From Parcubacteria group bacterium LiPW_41 (GTDB lineage: Bacteria; Patescibacteriota; Minisyncoccia; UBA6257; GWB1-50-10): 64,000 bases of DNA. Each line of letters starts with the position of its first letter. Position 1 is the first letter of the stretch. The position numbers were made by a program, and so were the translations under genes. The notes beneath the pieces are model-generated. The model saw only the letters and a program-made list of their open reading frames with translations. It was not told the origin of the DNA and made no database searches. Shown here in pieces: positions 9,870 to 20,298 of the stretch. The stretch lies in the NCBI GenBank assembly GCA_007375535.1, contig VMEM01000004.1, positions 22,545-86,544 on the forward strand, read 5' to 3'.

Positions 9870-12800
9870 ATGTCAAAGTTAACTTATAAAATCGCGACTG
9901 CTAGTATTGCGGTTATGACAATCGCATCACTTTCAGCACCAGCGTTTGCTCAAGTTTCAACTTCAGACCTTCAAGCTCAGATCGCAGCACTTCAGGCGCA
10001 GCTTACGCAGCTCCAGGGTGGTTCGTCAGCGAGCTCATATACTTTCACCAAAAACCTCACAGTTGGTGCAAAGGGAGAAGATGTGAAGCAGCTTCAGAGT
10101 ATTCTTATTGCTGGTGGCTATCTTAAAATAGCCGCTCCAACTTCATTCTTTGGTCCAGCGACCAAGGCAGCTGTCATCGCGTGGCAGAAAGCAGTTGGAA
10201 TTTCTCCTACCTCAGGATTTGTAGGAGCATTAAGCCGTGCAAAGCTTAATGGTAGTTCAGTTGTAACGCCAGGCGTTCCAGCAACGGACTCATATCTTAA
10301 AGTAGAGGTAGTGCCATCACTTGGTGGTACGATCCCATCAAGCTCTTTATATAACAAAGTCTTGAACCTCAAGCTTACCGCAGGAAAAGACGCAGTTGTT
10401 GTGACGGGTATCACCGCAACTCGTGGTGGATACATCGCAAACACTCGTATTAACGGCGTGAGCGCGTGGGACGAAGCAGGAAAGCGCTATGGAAACATTG
10501 TGACTTCTCTTACTTCAGACGGAAAAGTAACAGTGAACTTCGGTTCAGATCCAATGACTGTTCCAGCAGGAACAACAAAGAATCTTTCTGTTGCTATCAA
10601 CCTCGATTCAACAGCAACATCAGCCTCAGTAAACTTTGGTTTGATGTCAGCATCTGATATCAAGGTATCAGGAACCGCTCCAGTACAGGGAACCTTCCCA
10701 ATGATTGGCGGAACCTATTCAGTTGTCGACGGTTCAGCATCACTTGGTGACGTTCGCGTTTCAAATGACACCGTTAGCGGTATGTCAACTTCAAGCGCTC
10801 AGACATCATCTGTTGATGGAAACGTAGACATTGGTGATACACAACGTGAGGTGTTCAAACTCAAATTGACTCAGAACAACTCAAAAGAAGCAGTATATGT
10901 AAAGAACGTAACCCTTTATGTTGGTGGCAACATTGTTGAATCAACTGATATAAAGAACTGGAAATTGTATTCCCAGGAAGGAACCGTTCTCGCAACTGCA
11001 GAGCGTTCGATTGATCGTAACGTAACCTTCAATCTTGCGACTCCTTACATGATTGACAAGGGTCTTTCTCGAACTCTTCCAGTGAAGGCTGATATTGTTG
11101 ACGGTTCAGGCCGTTACTTCCAGGTATTTGTACAGAACGACTACGATCTCGTAGTAACCGGTGCAACAACTGGATCATCAGTTCTCTTAACTGACTCAAG
11201 TGGAGGAAGTCTTACTCAATCAGACACACAGGACAATACTTCTGGCTACTTCAAGATGAAGCAAGGCGGACTTACTGTCTCAAAGTCACCATCATCACCA
11301 AGCGGATCAATTGCTCCATCAGCAACTAACGTTGTTCTTGGTTCATTTGATGTAAAGTCTTCAGGCGAACAGCTTGAACTCCGCAAGATGGCGATTCGCG
11401 TCGTTCGCAGTGCAGCTGCTCCAGTTCTTACTGGTTCAATTACTGTGAAAGATGCAACCACCGGTGAAACCTATTATTCAGTATCAGCAGATACTACTGG
11501 TTTGCAGAGCACAACAACTCCATCAAGCTGGTCTTCATCTGATCAAATGACACTTTCGAGCTACATTCCGCTTTCAAGCAATCAAACTCGAACACTTCAG
11601 GTATTGGGTAGTGTTTCATCAGCGGCAACCTCTGGTACCTATAAAGTACACATTGGAGACTTCTATGCAAAGCGTTTCTCAACAAATGATTACCAGGATG
11701 TAGCAACGGGTGTCACATCGGCAAACCAGCTTTCCTTGCAAGACGTAACTCTTACAGTTACAAAGAATGCATCATTTGCGAATACCAATCGTGCAGCAGG
11801 TGCAACCAACGTAAAAGTTGCGGAGTTCAACCTCCAAGGATCTTCAGCCGATGATATTCAGGTGAATACGATTTCATTGAACATTACTACAAGCACAAAC
11901 TTCCAGAACGTAAAAGTTATGGATGGAACAACCCAACTCGGTAACACGGTTGGAACTCCAAGTGCAACTGGTAACAGCTTCACAGTAAACCTCGTTGTTG
12001 CAAAATCAGCAACAAAGTTGATCTCTGTGTATGCTGACATCGTTTCAAGTGCAACTGGTAACTCAGTTGTTTCGATTGCGGCATCTGGCGTAAGTGGATA
12101 CGGAAAGGATTCTGGAAAGGCATTAAGCTCAACTCCAGTATCTGCAACCCCAGGTCAGACTATTGCAATTGGTACACCTTCAGTAACCATCGCATCAAGC
12201 GATAACTCAGCTCTTACTTCGAAAGTTTTGATTGCTGGTACAACTGGCGTATCACTTGGTGATATCAAGTTCTCAGCAACAAACGAAGATCTCGTTTTGA
12301 GAAAAATCACTCTTAACCTCACTTCAGCTTCCACTTCATTGTGGTCACAGGATGCGGTTAATGGTAACTTCGTTTCAGTAAAACTTTATGATGGATCAAC
12401 CGAACTCGGTTCTTCATCAGTAGTAAGCGGTGTTGCGTTAATCACAATTCCAGAGGCAAAGTGGGTAACCTTGCCACAAGGAAGCGACAAGATCTTAACC
12501 GTAAAGGCAGATCTTAGCGCAAACACAGCAATCTCAAGCCAATCAGTATTCCGTGCAACTGTAACAAGTTCATCAACCACTAATCTTGAAATTAGCTCAG
12601 CATCACTCGGAATCATGGATACCGGCGTAACAATTTCAAGCGCTGCAACGAACTACTATAAAGTTCAAGCGGTTGCTCCAACAATTGCTGCTGGTTCTGG
12701 TTTCTCAGCAAACACCGTAGGTGCAGCTGACTCAGAAATCGGCCGTGTAACCGTAGGAAAGCAAGGAGATCGCAACGTAATCCTTACCGGACTCACATTG

Positions 12801-13226
12801 CGTGTTCAGATGACTGGTGCACATGCGTCTTCATCAATCACAACCTTTACTCTTAAAGATGGTGATTCTGGAGCAACTGTTGCAACAACATCTCAGACAC
12901 TCTCTGGTCCTTCAGGATCAACCTCGACTGTCTTTACCTTTGCTTCAACCACTATTACGACAACCAAGACATATAAGCTCTTTGCTGATACGTCAAACAT
13001 TCGTACTGGTGTAGCATCAACGGATCATCCAAACGTTTTGGTTGACTTCGTAATGCCAGCAACTGGATATAGCTCAAGCGATACAGCTGATCTCTGGACC
13101 GATGCAAACGTAACGTACGGCTATGACATCTACAATCCAACTCTTACCACATATTCTGGTTTGAAGAATATGAACAAGAATTCGGATAATGCAGATACCA
13201 TCCGTCTCGGAACGAACACCTACTAA
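9870..13226 (+). CDS. large Ser/Thr-rich secreted surface (S-layer-like) protein with N-terminal peptidoglycan-binding domain
   Basis: signal peptide ...SAPAFAQ; PG_binding_1-like GAKGEDVKQLQSILIAGGYL....FGPATKAAVIAWQKAVGI; then ~950 aa of S/T/G/V-rich beta-type sequence. Confidence 0.8.
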   Translation: MSKLTYKIATASIAVMTIASLSAPAFAQVSTSDLQAQIAALQAQLTQLQGGSSASSYTFTKNLTVGAKGEDVKQLQSILIAGGYLKIAAPTSFFGPATKAAVIAWQKAVGISPTSGFVGALSRAKLNGSSVVTPGVPATDSYLKVEVVPSLGGTIPSSSLYNKVLNLKLTAGKDAVVVTGITATRGGYIANTRINGVSAWDEAGKRYGNIVTSLTSDGKVTVNFGSDPMTVPAGTTKNLSVAINLDSTATSASVNFGLMSASDIKVSGTAPVQGTFPMIGGTYSVVDGSASLGDVRVSNDTVSGMSTSSAQTSSVDGNVDIGDTQREVFKLKLTQNNSKEAVYVKNVTLYVGGNIVESTDIKNWKLYSQEGTVLATAERSIDRNVTFNLATPYMIDKGLSRTLPVKADIVDGSGRYFQVFVQNDYDLVVTGATTGSSVLLTDSSGGSLTQSDTQDNTSGYFKMKQGGLTVSKSPSSPSGSIAPSATNVVLGSFDVKSSGEQLELRKMAIRVVRSAAAPVLTGSITVKDATTGETYYSVSADTTGLQSTTTPSSWSSSDQMTLSSYIPLSSNQTRTLQVLGSVSSAATSGTYKVHIGDFYAKRFSTNDYQDVATGVTSANQLSLQDVTLTVTKNASFANTNRAAGATNVKVAEFNLQGSSADDIQVNTISLNITTSTNFQNVKVMDGTTQLGNTVGTPSATGNSFTVNLVVAKSATKLISVYADIVSSATGNSVVSIAASGVSGYGKDSGKALSSTPVSATPGQTIAIGTPSVTIASSDNSALTSKVLIAGTTGVSLGDIKFSATNEDLVLRKITLNLTSASTSLWSQDAVNGNFVSVKLYDGSTELGSSSVVSGVALITIPEAKWVTLPQGSDKILTVKADLSANTAISSQSVFRATVTSSSTTNLEISSASLGIMDTGVTISSAATNYYKVQAVAPTIAAGSGFSANTVGAADSEIGRVTVGKQGDRNVILTGLTLRVQMTGAHASSSITTFTLKDGDSGATVATTSQTLSGPSGSTSTVFTFASTTITTTKTYKLFADTSNIRTGVASTDHPNVLVDFVMPATGYSSSDTADLWTDANVTYGYDIYNPTLTTYSGLKNMNKNSDNADTIRLGTNTY

Positions 13227-13255
13227 TAGTCATTTCTGACTTTAGTAATGTGTTG

Positions 13256-13290
13256 CCCCGCCAGTCCATTGGACTGGCGGGGTTTCGTTT
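13256..13290 (+). terminator. intrinsic terminator (27-nt perfect palindrome ccccgccagtcca-t-tggactggcgggg + T tract)
   Basis: 13-bp perfect arms; near-identical copy at 61712-61738. Confidence 0.6.
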
Positions 13291-13301
13291 ATAATAGAGA
13301 T

Positions 13302-13556
13302 ATGTATTTTGTGTATATTCTAAAAAACATTAAAGATAGTATATACATTGGCTTTTCTTCAGATGTCTTTGCTCGTCTGAAGAAGCACAACTCAGGAGGA
13401 TCGAAATTCACGAGTGATGGTCGTCCGTGGGAACTCGTATATTATGAAGCATTCAAATCTGAATATGATGCTCGAGTGAGGGAAAAGACATTGAAGGAAT
13501 ATGGAAGTTCTTTGGGACAACTGAAGAAAAGAATTTCAAAATCTCTTGAAGTTTGA
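13302..13556 (+). CDS. GIY-YIG nuclease-family small protein
   Basis: MYFVYILKNIKDSIYIGFSSDVFARLKKHN matches the GIY-YIG (UPF0213) signature; track ORF 13248 extends upstream through the terminator, so ATG 13302 is preferred. Confidence 0.7.
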   Translation: MYFVYILKNIKDSIYIGFSSDVFARLKKHNSGGSKFTSDGRPWELVYYEAFKSEYDARVREKTLKEYGSSLGQLKKRISKSLEV

Positions 13557-13559
13557 GCT

Positions 13560-14897
13560 TTGCACTTTTTCTCCAGTAAGTTAAACTTACTGGTAATGGA
13601 TTATTTTAAAGCCTCGCGATTTTTTTTGTTTGCCGCAATCTTTGCGGTAGTTATCGTGACATCCTCAACATTGTTTCCATTTATCGTGGGAAAATATGTA
13701 TTTTTTCGTGCGTGTGTAGCGTTTGCTACAATATTTTTCTCCCTTGGGATTCTTTTTCAGGATCAAAAAGATGAAATGATAAAAAGGATGAAGGAGATAA
13801 TAAAGCATCCTTTAGCTATTGGTGTCGCTGCCTTTGTCGCCACATTTGTTCTTGCAGGATTTTTTGGAGTAAACCCGTCTGCCTCATTTTGGTCTAACTT
13901 TGAACGTGGTGAGGGAGGTTTTCAAATAATAAGTTTAGGAATATTCTTCTTTCTATCGACAATTCTTTTAAGAGACTGGAAGGCGTGGAAAAAGTTTTTT
14001 ATTCTTTTTATAACTGCTTCGGCTCTTGTAATGTTATATGGAGTGGGTGCCGGGCTTGATATGAATGGGTTTGTTGGAGAAAAGTTCTCTACAAATATGC
14101 GGTTTGCAGGAAGTTTGGGAAATCCCGCATATATTGGAACTTATATGCTGTTCGCTGCTGCATTTGCACTTATTTGTGCATTTCGCGCAGTGACAAAAGA
14201 AGAAAAAAGATGGTTTTTTGTGATCGCGGGACTCGCAGTGTTTTCTTCGTGGGCATCTCAAACGCGTGGTGCATTTTTGGGACTCGCGGCAGCGCTATTT
14301 GTTTCTCTTCTTTTTGTTGCATATAACAATCAGAAATATAAAAAATATATTTTGGGAGTGTTAGGATTTTTAGTAGTTGTCTCAGCACTTTTGATGACCC
14401 AACGAAACAATCCAACATTCCAAAAAATCCCAGGATTCCGAGTGTTCACTATTTCACTTCAAGAACAAACGGCACAGACTCGTTTGTGGACATGGAATGC
14501 GGCTCTAAAAGGGGTGAAAGATCGACCAGTGTTTGGGTGGGGCCCAGAGAATTTCAGTGTGGTGTTTGATAAATATTTTGATCATCGTCATTACAATCTA
14601 AAGACAGGGGGGGAAACATGGTTTGATAGAGCACACAGTTTGTATATTGACTCACTCGTTCAAACGGGGATTGTTGGATTTTTAGGGCTTCTCACAATGC
14701 TTGGTGCATTCTTTGTGGTGTGGAAAAAGTCGGTATTGTTAAAGGGAATTTCAATAGAGGAGCGAGGGGTGTTGTTGGGGTTGATGATAATGTATTGCGT
14801 GCAGGGATTTGTGTTGTTTGATATTCTTCCAACATACATTGCGTTGTTCTCATTTCTTGCATATATGGCGTCGCGAACACAAAAAGAATCAAAATAA
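13560..14897 (+). CDS. Wzy_C / O-antigen-ligase-family membrane protein (candidate O-oligosaccharyltransferase or polymerase)
   Basis: ~10 TM helices, large loop with ...SWASQTRGAFLGLAAALFV... as in Wzy_C (WaaL/PglL/WsaB) proteins. Confidence 0.6.
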   Translation: MHFFSSKLNLLVMDYFKASRFFLFAAIFAVVIVTSSTLFPFIVGKYVFFRACVAFATIFFSLGILFQDQKDEMIKRMKEIIKHPLAIGVAAFVATFVLAGFFGVNPSASFWSNFERGEGGFQIISLGIFFFLSTILLRDWKAWKKFFILFITASALVMLYGVGAGLDMNGFVGEKFSTNMRFAGSLGNPAYIGTYMLFAAAFALICAFRAVTKEEKRWFFVIAGLAVFSSWASQTRGAFLGLAAALFVSLLFVAYNNQKYKKYILGVLGFLVVVSALLMTQRNNPTFQKIPGFRVFTISLQEQTAQTRLWTWNAALKGVKDRPVFGWGPENFSVVFDKYFDHRHYNLKTGGETWFDRAHSLYIDSLVQTGIVGFLGLLTMLGAFFVVWKKSVLLKGISIEERGVLLGLMIMYCVQGFVLFDILPTYIALFSFLAYMASRTQKESK

Positions 14898-14898
14898 T

Positions 14899-15450
14899 AT
14901 GAAACAAATAATTACGTGGATAGTAATTTGTGTAAGCGTTCTCGGTTTTGTGTATGGGTCTATAAAGCCATATAAAAAGGCAGCAGCATATGTTACCGCA
15001 GTAAAAAGTGGCGCAACCTCGGTTGAGGGGTTCACTGATGCGTTTAAAGCAGCATTTGAGTATCCATCTCCAGTTGGACAAGATGAACTAATACGCTTTA
15101 TCTCAAGTGATATCATGAATGTGGTTGCTGAAGGAAAGAACGATGAGACAGTGGCGAATAAACTTACCGATTTCATCCATACTTATGCTGATCCAAAGAT
15201 TGAATCAAAGGTGGGTATGAATTACACACAATTAGTAATGATTTTGGGCACTATTCATACATACAAATGGAAACAATATCAAAAACCAGAAGATTTTGCA
15301 TTGGCAATGCAATATTTTATTCAGGGATATAATATAAATCCTGATCGTCCGCAGTTCTTGATTGGACTTGTGGATTTGTATGAAGCATCAGGGCAAAACG
15401 ACAAGGCAGACGCAGTAAAACAACACATTGCCGAACTTTGGGAGAGATAA
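14899..15450 (+). CDS. membrane-anchored hypothetical protein
   Basis: internal ATG at 14899 (MKQIITWIVICVSVLGFVYG) gives a TM-anchored 183-aa protein; the upstream part of the track ORF overlaps the previous gene. Confidence 0.45.
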   Translation: MKQIITWIVICVSVLGFVYGSIKPYKKAAAYVTAVKSGATSVEGFTDAFKAAFEYPSPVGQDELIRFISSDIMNVVAEGKNDETVANKLTDFIHTYADPKIESKVGMNYTQLVMILGTIHTYKWKQYQKPEDFALAMQYFIQGYNINPDRPQFLIGLVDLYEASGQNDKADAVKQHIAELWER

Positions 15451-15459
15451 TAATGGACT

Positions 15460-16509
15460 ATGAAGCGAGTTTCGCTAATTATCCCAACATACAACGAAGC
15501 AGAAAATATAGAGACTCTCATTAAAGAAATTGATGGAGTAGTAAATAAATCATTTGTTGATTTTGAATATATTATTGTTGATGATAATTCACCCGATGGT
15601 ACTGGATCTATTGCAGAAAAATTAAAAGAAACTTATCCTGTGCGCGTTATTCACCGAAGTGGAAAGTTAGGTTTGGGTAGTGCTGTTATTGAGGGATTTA
15701 ATCTATCTACATATGAATATATTGGGGTAATGGATGGAGATCTGAGTCACGATCCAATAATTTTGAATGATATGGTAGGGGAGCTTGAAAATTGTGACAT
15801 AGTGATTGGGAGCAGGTTTAATAAGGACAGTCTTGTTGAAAATTGGAAGTGGTGGAGAAGAGTTGTCTCTGTTGTTGGGGTTTTTCTTGCAAAAATGATT
15901 TCTGGCGTTGGTGATCCTCTCAGTGGGTATTTTATGTTGAAGCGATCTGTAATTGATGAGGTGGAATTGGAGACAAAGGGATATAAAATTCTCTTTGAAA
16001 TTTTAGTAAAAGGAAAGTGGAGCACTATAAAGGAGCTTCCATTTACATTTCGTATGCGCAGACATAGTGTTTCAAAATTAAACATGAGCGAATATATTTT
16101 ATTCGCAAAGCAAATTGCATTGTATGCCATTTATAAATATCAGTCTTTTTTTAGATATTTTGTAATTGGTAGCACGGCATTTATTCTTGATATGGGTTCT
16201 TTGTATGTATTAAAAGAATATTTTGACATACACCCAGCATTTGCAGTTGCATTAAATCAGATATTTGTCCTCTCATATATATTTATATTAAACAAAATTT
16301 GGACATTCAGTTCTAAGGAAAAAACCAGACACTCCCTTATCCGATTTGTATCTCTTCAAATGTTCAATTATTCCTTTGGTATTCTTTGGATGTGGATTTT
16401 TTATGAACAAGTAGGAATTAATTATCTTATTGCGAGGATTGCGAACATTATTCTTTTTACTGCATGGAATTTTCTTCTTTATAAGAAGTGGGTCTTTAAA
16501 AAGAATTAG
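15460..16509 (+). CDS. polyprenyl-phosphate sugar synthase (GT2, Dpm1/Ppm1-like) fused to a GtrA-like 4-TM domain
   Basis: SLIIPTYNEAENI...IIVDDNSPDGT...MDGDLSHDP motifs of DPM1-type GT2; C-terminal four hydrophobic helices (GtrA family). Confidence 0.8.
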   Translation: MKRVSLIIPTYNEAENIETLIKEIDGVVNKSFVDFEYIIVDDNSPDGTGSIAEKLKETYPVRVIHRSGKLGLGSAVIEGFNLSTYEYIGVMDGDLSHDPIILNDMVGELENCDIVIGSRFNKDSLVENWKWWRRVVSVVGVFLAKMISGVGDPLSGYFMLKRSVIDEVELETKGYKILFEILVKGKWSTIKELPFTFRMRRHSVSKLNMSEYILFAKQIALYAIYKYQSFFRYFVIGSTAFILDMGSLYVLKEYFDIHPAFAVALNQIFVLSYIFILNKIWTFSSKEKTRHSLIRFVSLQMFNYSFGILWMWIFYEQVGINYLIARIANIILFTAWNFLLYKKWVFKKN

Positions 16510-16540
16510 TTTTTCCCAACGTATTAAAGATTGAATCTCT

Positions 16541-16600
16541 TCTAGGGATTCGATTTTTTCCTATCCGTCATCCTCGCGAAAGCGGGGATCAAATCTTATT
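16541..16600. terminator. convergent-gene terminator region (two weak hairpins)
   Basis: gaatc-tcttctagg-gattc+T6 and atcctcgcgaaagcggggat between convergent genes. Confidence 0.35.
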
Positions 16601-16659
16601 ATTTTTTTAAATTTGATTATTGGAGAATTAAATTAAAATTTGAAATTTGTAAATTAAAA

Positions 16660-18147
16660 TTATTTTCCCTTCTCCATCATGCATAAAATATCTGCACATT
16701 CTGGAGTTCCGAATCCCTCATTTATCTTCTGTTGTGCTTCTTGCTCTGATTGTTTTCCATGCGCGGGATGGAATGCTAAAAATATTTTTGTGTTTTCTCC
16801 ACACTGTGGAAGGATGGTAATATTTTTTTTCATGTACCACTGAATTATTCCTTCCACTCCAATTCCAGCCGGATTTGTGCCAAGACAAACCTCGTCATCC
16901 TTTATTTGTGGGCCGATTTGTTTTAGAAGTGAAATGTCATTTGGTCCTAAAATTAGGAATTTTTCATAAAAAAAGTTTAGATTTTTATAGGAAAGATAGC
17001 CTCCAAGTATAAGAATTACCACTACGATACCGATTCCAATATCTTTATATAAAGATATTAGTTTCTCAAATAATAATCCGCAGAAAATGGCGACAATGGG
17101 GAAGAATAGGATCATTCCAAACGGATGAGTGCTCCACTGGCGAAATATAAGCATGGTAAAAACGGGAAGAATAAGAATGGGAAGTACAAGCATCATATTC
17201 TTTTCCTGTTTTATTTTTTTATACCAAACCACTACTCCAAGAAGCGCAGAAATAAAGAATAACCATGTTACGTTGAGATTGGTAATCCACCATATTCGTG
17301 AAAACCAGGAATTAATTGGTTGCGAAGAAGTTCTTACAAAGAATGAGTTTTTAAAATCTTCCCAAAACTGAGCCCCATTTAATAAAAAGAACTGAAGCAT
17401 GGTGATTCCAAATGAAATGATGAGTGCAACGGGGATAAGTGAGAGAAAAAGATTTCGGTATTTTGTTGTTTTTCCTTGTTTTGTAAATAAGAATATCCAT
17501 ATTCCTATGGGGAGGAAGTAGAAGAACCAAGCAAATTGTGCCCCAATAAGTGTTGCAATGAAAAACGATATTAGATAGCGTTTCTGTTTTTTTTCATCTT
17601 TTTCAAAAAAGAAAAATATAAATAAGCTATATACAATCATTGCTGCGGGTATCGCAAACATGGTGAGCTCGAAACTTTTTCCGTAGTAGATTGCTCCAGG
17701 GAGTAGTGAAAAAATGAATAGAGAAAGCGCTGCCGTCCTTTCTCCAATAACTTTGCGTAGCGCAAAGAAAAAAGGAATGAGGGCAACAAGCAAAAATAGA
17801 AATAGTCCGAGACGCGTAGTGACCTCGGAGACTCCAAAAATCGAATAAAGGATTGCTGTTGGGATCAAGAAAAGTTGTGGGTGGTGGGTGTATGCGGTTC
17901 CTAAAAAAGTGGTTGTATCTCTAATAAATGGGTTAAAATATCCACCCCGAACCCCTAAAAATCCAACTGTATTTATGTTTTGTGATGCAACTCCATTAGT
18001 TCCAGCTATATCCTCGGTAACGTGAATAAATGGCGAATTTATCTGCCAAAGGGACACAAGAACGTAAAATATAAGAATCAATATTGGGAATAAAAGACCT
18101 CGTTTCTTTTCTTCTGTAGGTTTTTTAATCTTATTTTCTTTTTTCAT
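16660..18147 (-). CDS. GT-C fold glycosyltransferase (family 39/83; PMT/ArnT-like)
   Basis: 495 aa, ~12 TM helices, N-terminal loop with conserved D/E-rich motif typical of dolichyl-phosphate-mannose-protein mannosyltransferase/ArnT family. Confidence 0.7.
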   Translation of the reverse strand: MKKENKIKKPTEEKKRGLLFPILILIFYVLVSLWQINSPFIHVTEDIAGTNGVASQNINTVGFLGVRGGYFNPFIRDTTTFLGTAYTHHPQLFLIPTAILYSIFGVSEVTTRLGLFLFLLVALIPFFFALRKVIGERTAALSLFIFSLLPGAIYYGKSFELTMFAIPAAMIVYSLFIFFFFEKDEKKQKRYLISFFIATLIGAQFAWFFYFLPIGIWIFLFTKQGKTTKYRNLFLSLIPVALIISFGITMLQFFLLNGAQFWEDFKNSFFVRTSSQPINSWFSRIWWITNLNVTWLFFISALLGVVVWYKKIKQEKNMMLVLPILILPVFTMLIFRQWSTHPFGMILFFPIVAIFCGLLFEKLISLYKDIGIGIVVVILILGGYLSYKNLNFFYEKFLILGPNDISLLKQIGPQIKDDEVCLGTNPAGIGVEGIIQWYMKKNITILPQCGENTKIFLAFHPAHGKQSEQEAQQKINEGFGTPECADILCMMEKGK

Positions 18148-18808
18148 GAAATAGTTCTTTTTTAAGACCTAAAAGGAACCATATGGTCATAAGTCCGTGT
18201 TTTAGTGGAAAAAGTTTTGAGTCCCCAGTTCTCGGAAAATAGGGGATGTGGTATTCCCCAAACTTTATATGTGGGGAGAGTGCTGCGCGTATTTTTATTT
18301 CTTGAGAAAGTGGCATGTCTCCACTTTTGAGTGGAAGATGTTTCAATGCATCTTTTTTAAAGACCCACATTCCTGACCACGAGTCTTGAAGTTTGATGCT
18401 AAATAAAAGATTGGTAAAGATTGTAAAAGCAATATTTCCAAGTCCTCGAATAAAAGGTTCTGATCCTTTGGAAAAAGGAATCCTGCTCGCAGAAAGGAAA
18501 TCTAGGTTGTTTTCAAAAAAATACTTAAGTAGTTTCGGAATTTCTTCGGGTGAATATTGTCCGTCTGCATCAAGGGTGACAATAACATCTCCATCTACCG
18601 ATTCAAATCCCTTTTGGTACGCATATCCGTATCCTTTTTTAAATTCCTTAACGACACGAGCTCCAAGTTTTTGTGCTACTTCGGCACTTTTGTCGGTTGA
18701 ATTGTTGTCTACGACAAGTATCTCGTTCACCTCCTTTGGCATTGACTGAATAACGCCTCCTATAGATTTTTCTTCATTATAACAAGGAATTACCGCGGTT
18801 ATTTTCAT
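18131..18808 (-). CDS. GT2 glycosyltransferase (polyprenyl-phosphate sugar synthase, ArnC/DPM-like)
   Basis: ITAVIPCYNEEKSI...VVDNNSTDKS...TLDADGQ; overlaps the downstream GT-C gene by 17 nt, consistent with an operon. Confidence 0.8.
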   Translation of the reverse strand: MKITAVIPCYNEEKSIGGVIQSMPKEVNEILVVDNNSTDKSAEVAQKLGARVVKEFKKGYGYAYQKGFESVDGDVIVTLDADGQYSPEEIPKLLKYFFENNLDFLSASRIPFSKGSEPFIRGLGNIAFTIFTNLLFSIKLQDSWSGMWVFKKDALKHLPLKSGDMPLSQEIKIRAALSPHIKFGEYHIPYFPRTGDSKLFPLKHGLMTIWFLLGLKKELFHEKRK

Positions 18809-18917
18809 GAATATATTGTACCGTTGTCTTATCTATTGTGCTAGCCTAAAATGTTGTGGGTGTTTCTAAAATGGTTAATGTGTAGTATATTAGAAAATAA
18901 GATTTCCAAATAAAAAT

Positions 18918-19460
18918 ATGGAACCAAAATTTATTAAGACAAAATTTAAGGAGGCTTTTCTCATAGAGCCAAAGTCGTTTCCAGATACTCGTGGATACTT
19001 TACTGAATCGTATAATATAAACGATTTTAAAAAGAATGGAATCACAGATGTCTTTATTCAAGATAATTTTTCATTTTCCTTAAAAGGTGTCGTAAGAGGG
19101 ATGCATTTTCAAAAAAAACCACACGAAACAAGTAAACTCGTTCAATGTGTTTTGGGAGAAATTTATGATGTAATTATTGATATTCGTCCAGAATCTCCTA
19201 CATTTCGTCAGTGGGAAGGGTTTGTTTTATCAAAAGAGAATAAAAAAATATTGTATGTTCCAAAAGGATTTGCACACGGATTTTATGTAACAGGCGATCA
19301 TGCGGGAGTTTCATACAAAGTTGATGAAGTTTTTTATTCGGGATATGATGGTGCAATAAGGTGGAACGATCCAGATATTAATATTCAATGGCCGATAAAA
19401 GGCGAATTGATTATCTCTGAAAAAGATCAGAACGCTCCATTATTTAAAGATATTATTTAA
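18918..19460 (+). CDS. rfbC: dTDP-4-dehydrorhamnose 3,5-epimerase
   Basis: cupin-fold RmlC motifs (DTRGYFTESY, RGMHFQ, VPKGFAHGF). Confidence 0.85.
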   Translation: MEPKFIKTKFKEAFLIEPKSFPDTRGYFTESYNINDFKKNGITDVFIQDNFSFSLKGVVRGMHFQKKPHETSKLVQCVLGEIYDVIIDIRPESPTFRQWEGFVLSKENKKILYVPKGFAHGFYVTGDHAGVSYKVDEVFYSGYDGAIRWNDPDINIQWPIKGELIISEKDQNAPLFKDII

Positions 19461-19463
19461 GGT

Positions 19464-20294
19464 ATGAACGATTTATCTAAAGTATTGACTACTGGCGGAG
19501 ATGGTATGTTGGGGAGTTATGTTAATTTTGGCATAAAAACAAATAGGAGATCTTTAGATATCACCGATCTAAAAGAGGTTAGAAGTGTTTTTCAAAACCA
19601 TAAACCAGAAATTGTTTTACATTTTGCAGCGGAGACAGACGTTGATCGATGTGAGCGAGATCCCGAATATGCTTATTTTATAAATTCTATTGGAACCTAT
19701 AATATTGCCCTTGTTGCCGCTGAACTTGGTATAAAAGTTGTATATATATCCACTAATGCGGTTTTTGATGGTCTAAAAAATGGTCCATATTCTGAAACAG
19801 ACAAACCCCATCCAACAAATTTCTATGGGCACTCGAAACTTTTGGGTGAGTTTGCAATAAAAGAGCTCTTGGATAATTATCTTATTTTAAGGGTGTCATG
19901 GATGATGGGCGGGGGACCAAGTAAAGACCAGAAGTTCGTTTCAAAAATAATTAATCAATTAAAGAAAGATGGAACAAAAAAAATAAATGTTGTTAATGAT
20001 CAATTTGGGGCACTAACCTATGCAAAAGATCTTGTTGAGGCAATAAAAGTTTTAATTAATGAAGATAAAAGAGGTATTTTTCATCTCCCAAATTCTGGAT
20101 CAAGCTCTAGATACGATGTTGCAAAAGAGATTGTTAATATTCTAAACTTGAATATAGACGTAAACCCTGTGAATTCTTCTTTTTTTAATTTGGATGCAAG
20201 TAGAAATGGAAATGATCGCTTGGATTCCAGTTTGAATATTATGAGATCGTGGCAAGAGGCGCTCAGGGAATATTTAGAATCAGAATGGAAATAA
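19464..20294 (+). CDS. rfbD: dTDP-4-dehydrorhamnose reductase
   Basis: Rossmann N-terminus TGGDGMLGS, SDR-type YxxxK (YGHSK), RmlD length. Confidence 0.8.
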   Translation: MNDLSKVLTTGGDGMLGSYVNFGIKTNRRSLDITDLKEVRSVFQNHKPEIVLHFAAETDVDRCERDPEYAYFINSIGTYNIALVAAELGIKVVYISTNAVFDGLKNGPYSETDKPHPTNFYGHSKLLGEFAIKELLDNYLILRVSWMMGGGPSKDQKFVSKIINQLKKDGTKKINVVNDQFGALTYAKDLVEAIKVLINEDKRGIFHLPNSGSSSRYDVAKEIVNILNLNIDVNPVNSSFFNLDASRNGNDRLDSSLNIMRSWQEALREYLESEWK

Positions 20295-20298
20295 AAAA

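Noticed and set aside
10118-12616. minus-strand ORFs within the 1118-aa surface-protein gene
   Set aside because: They are shadow ORFs of a long, compositionally biased gene.
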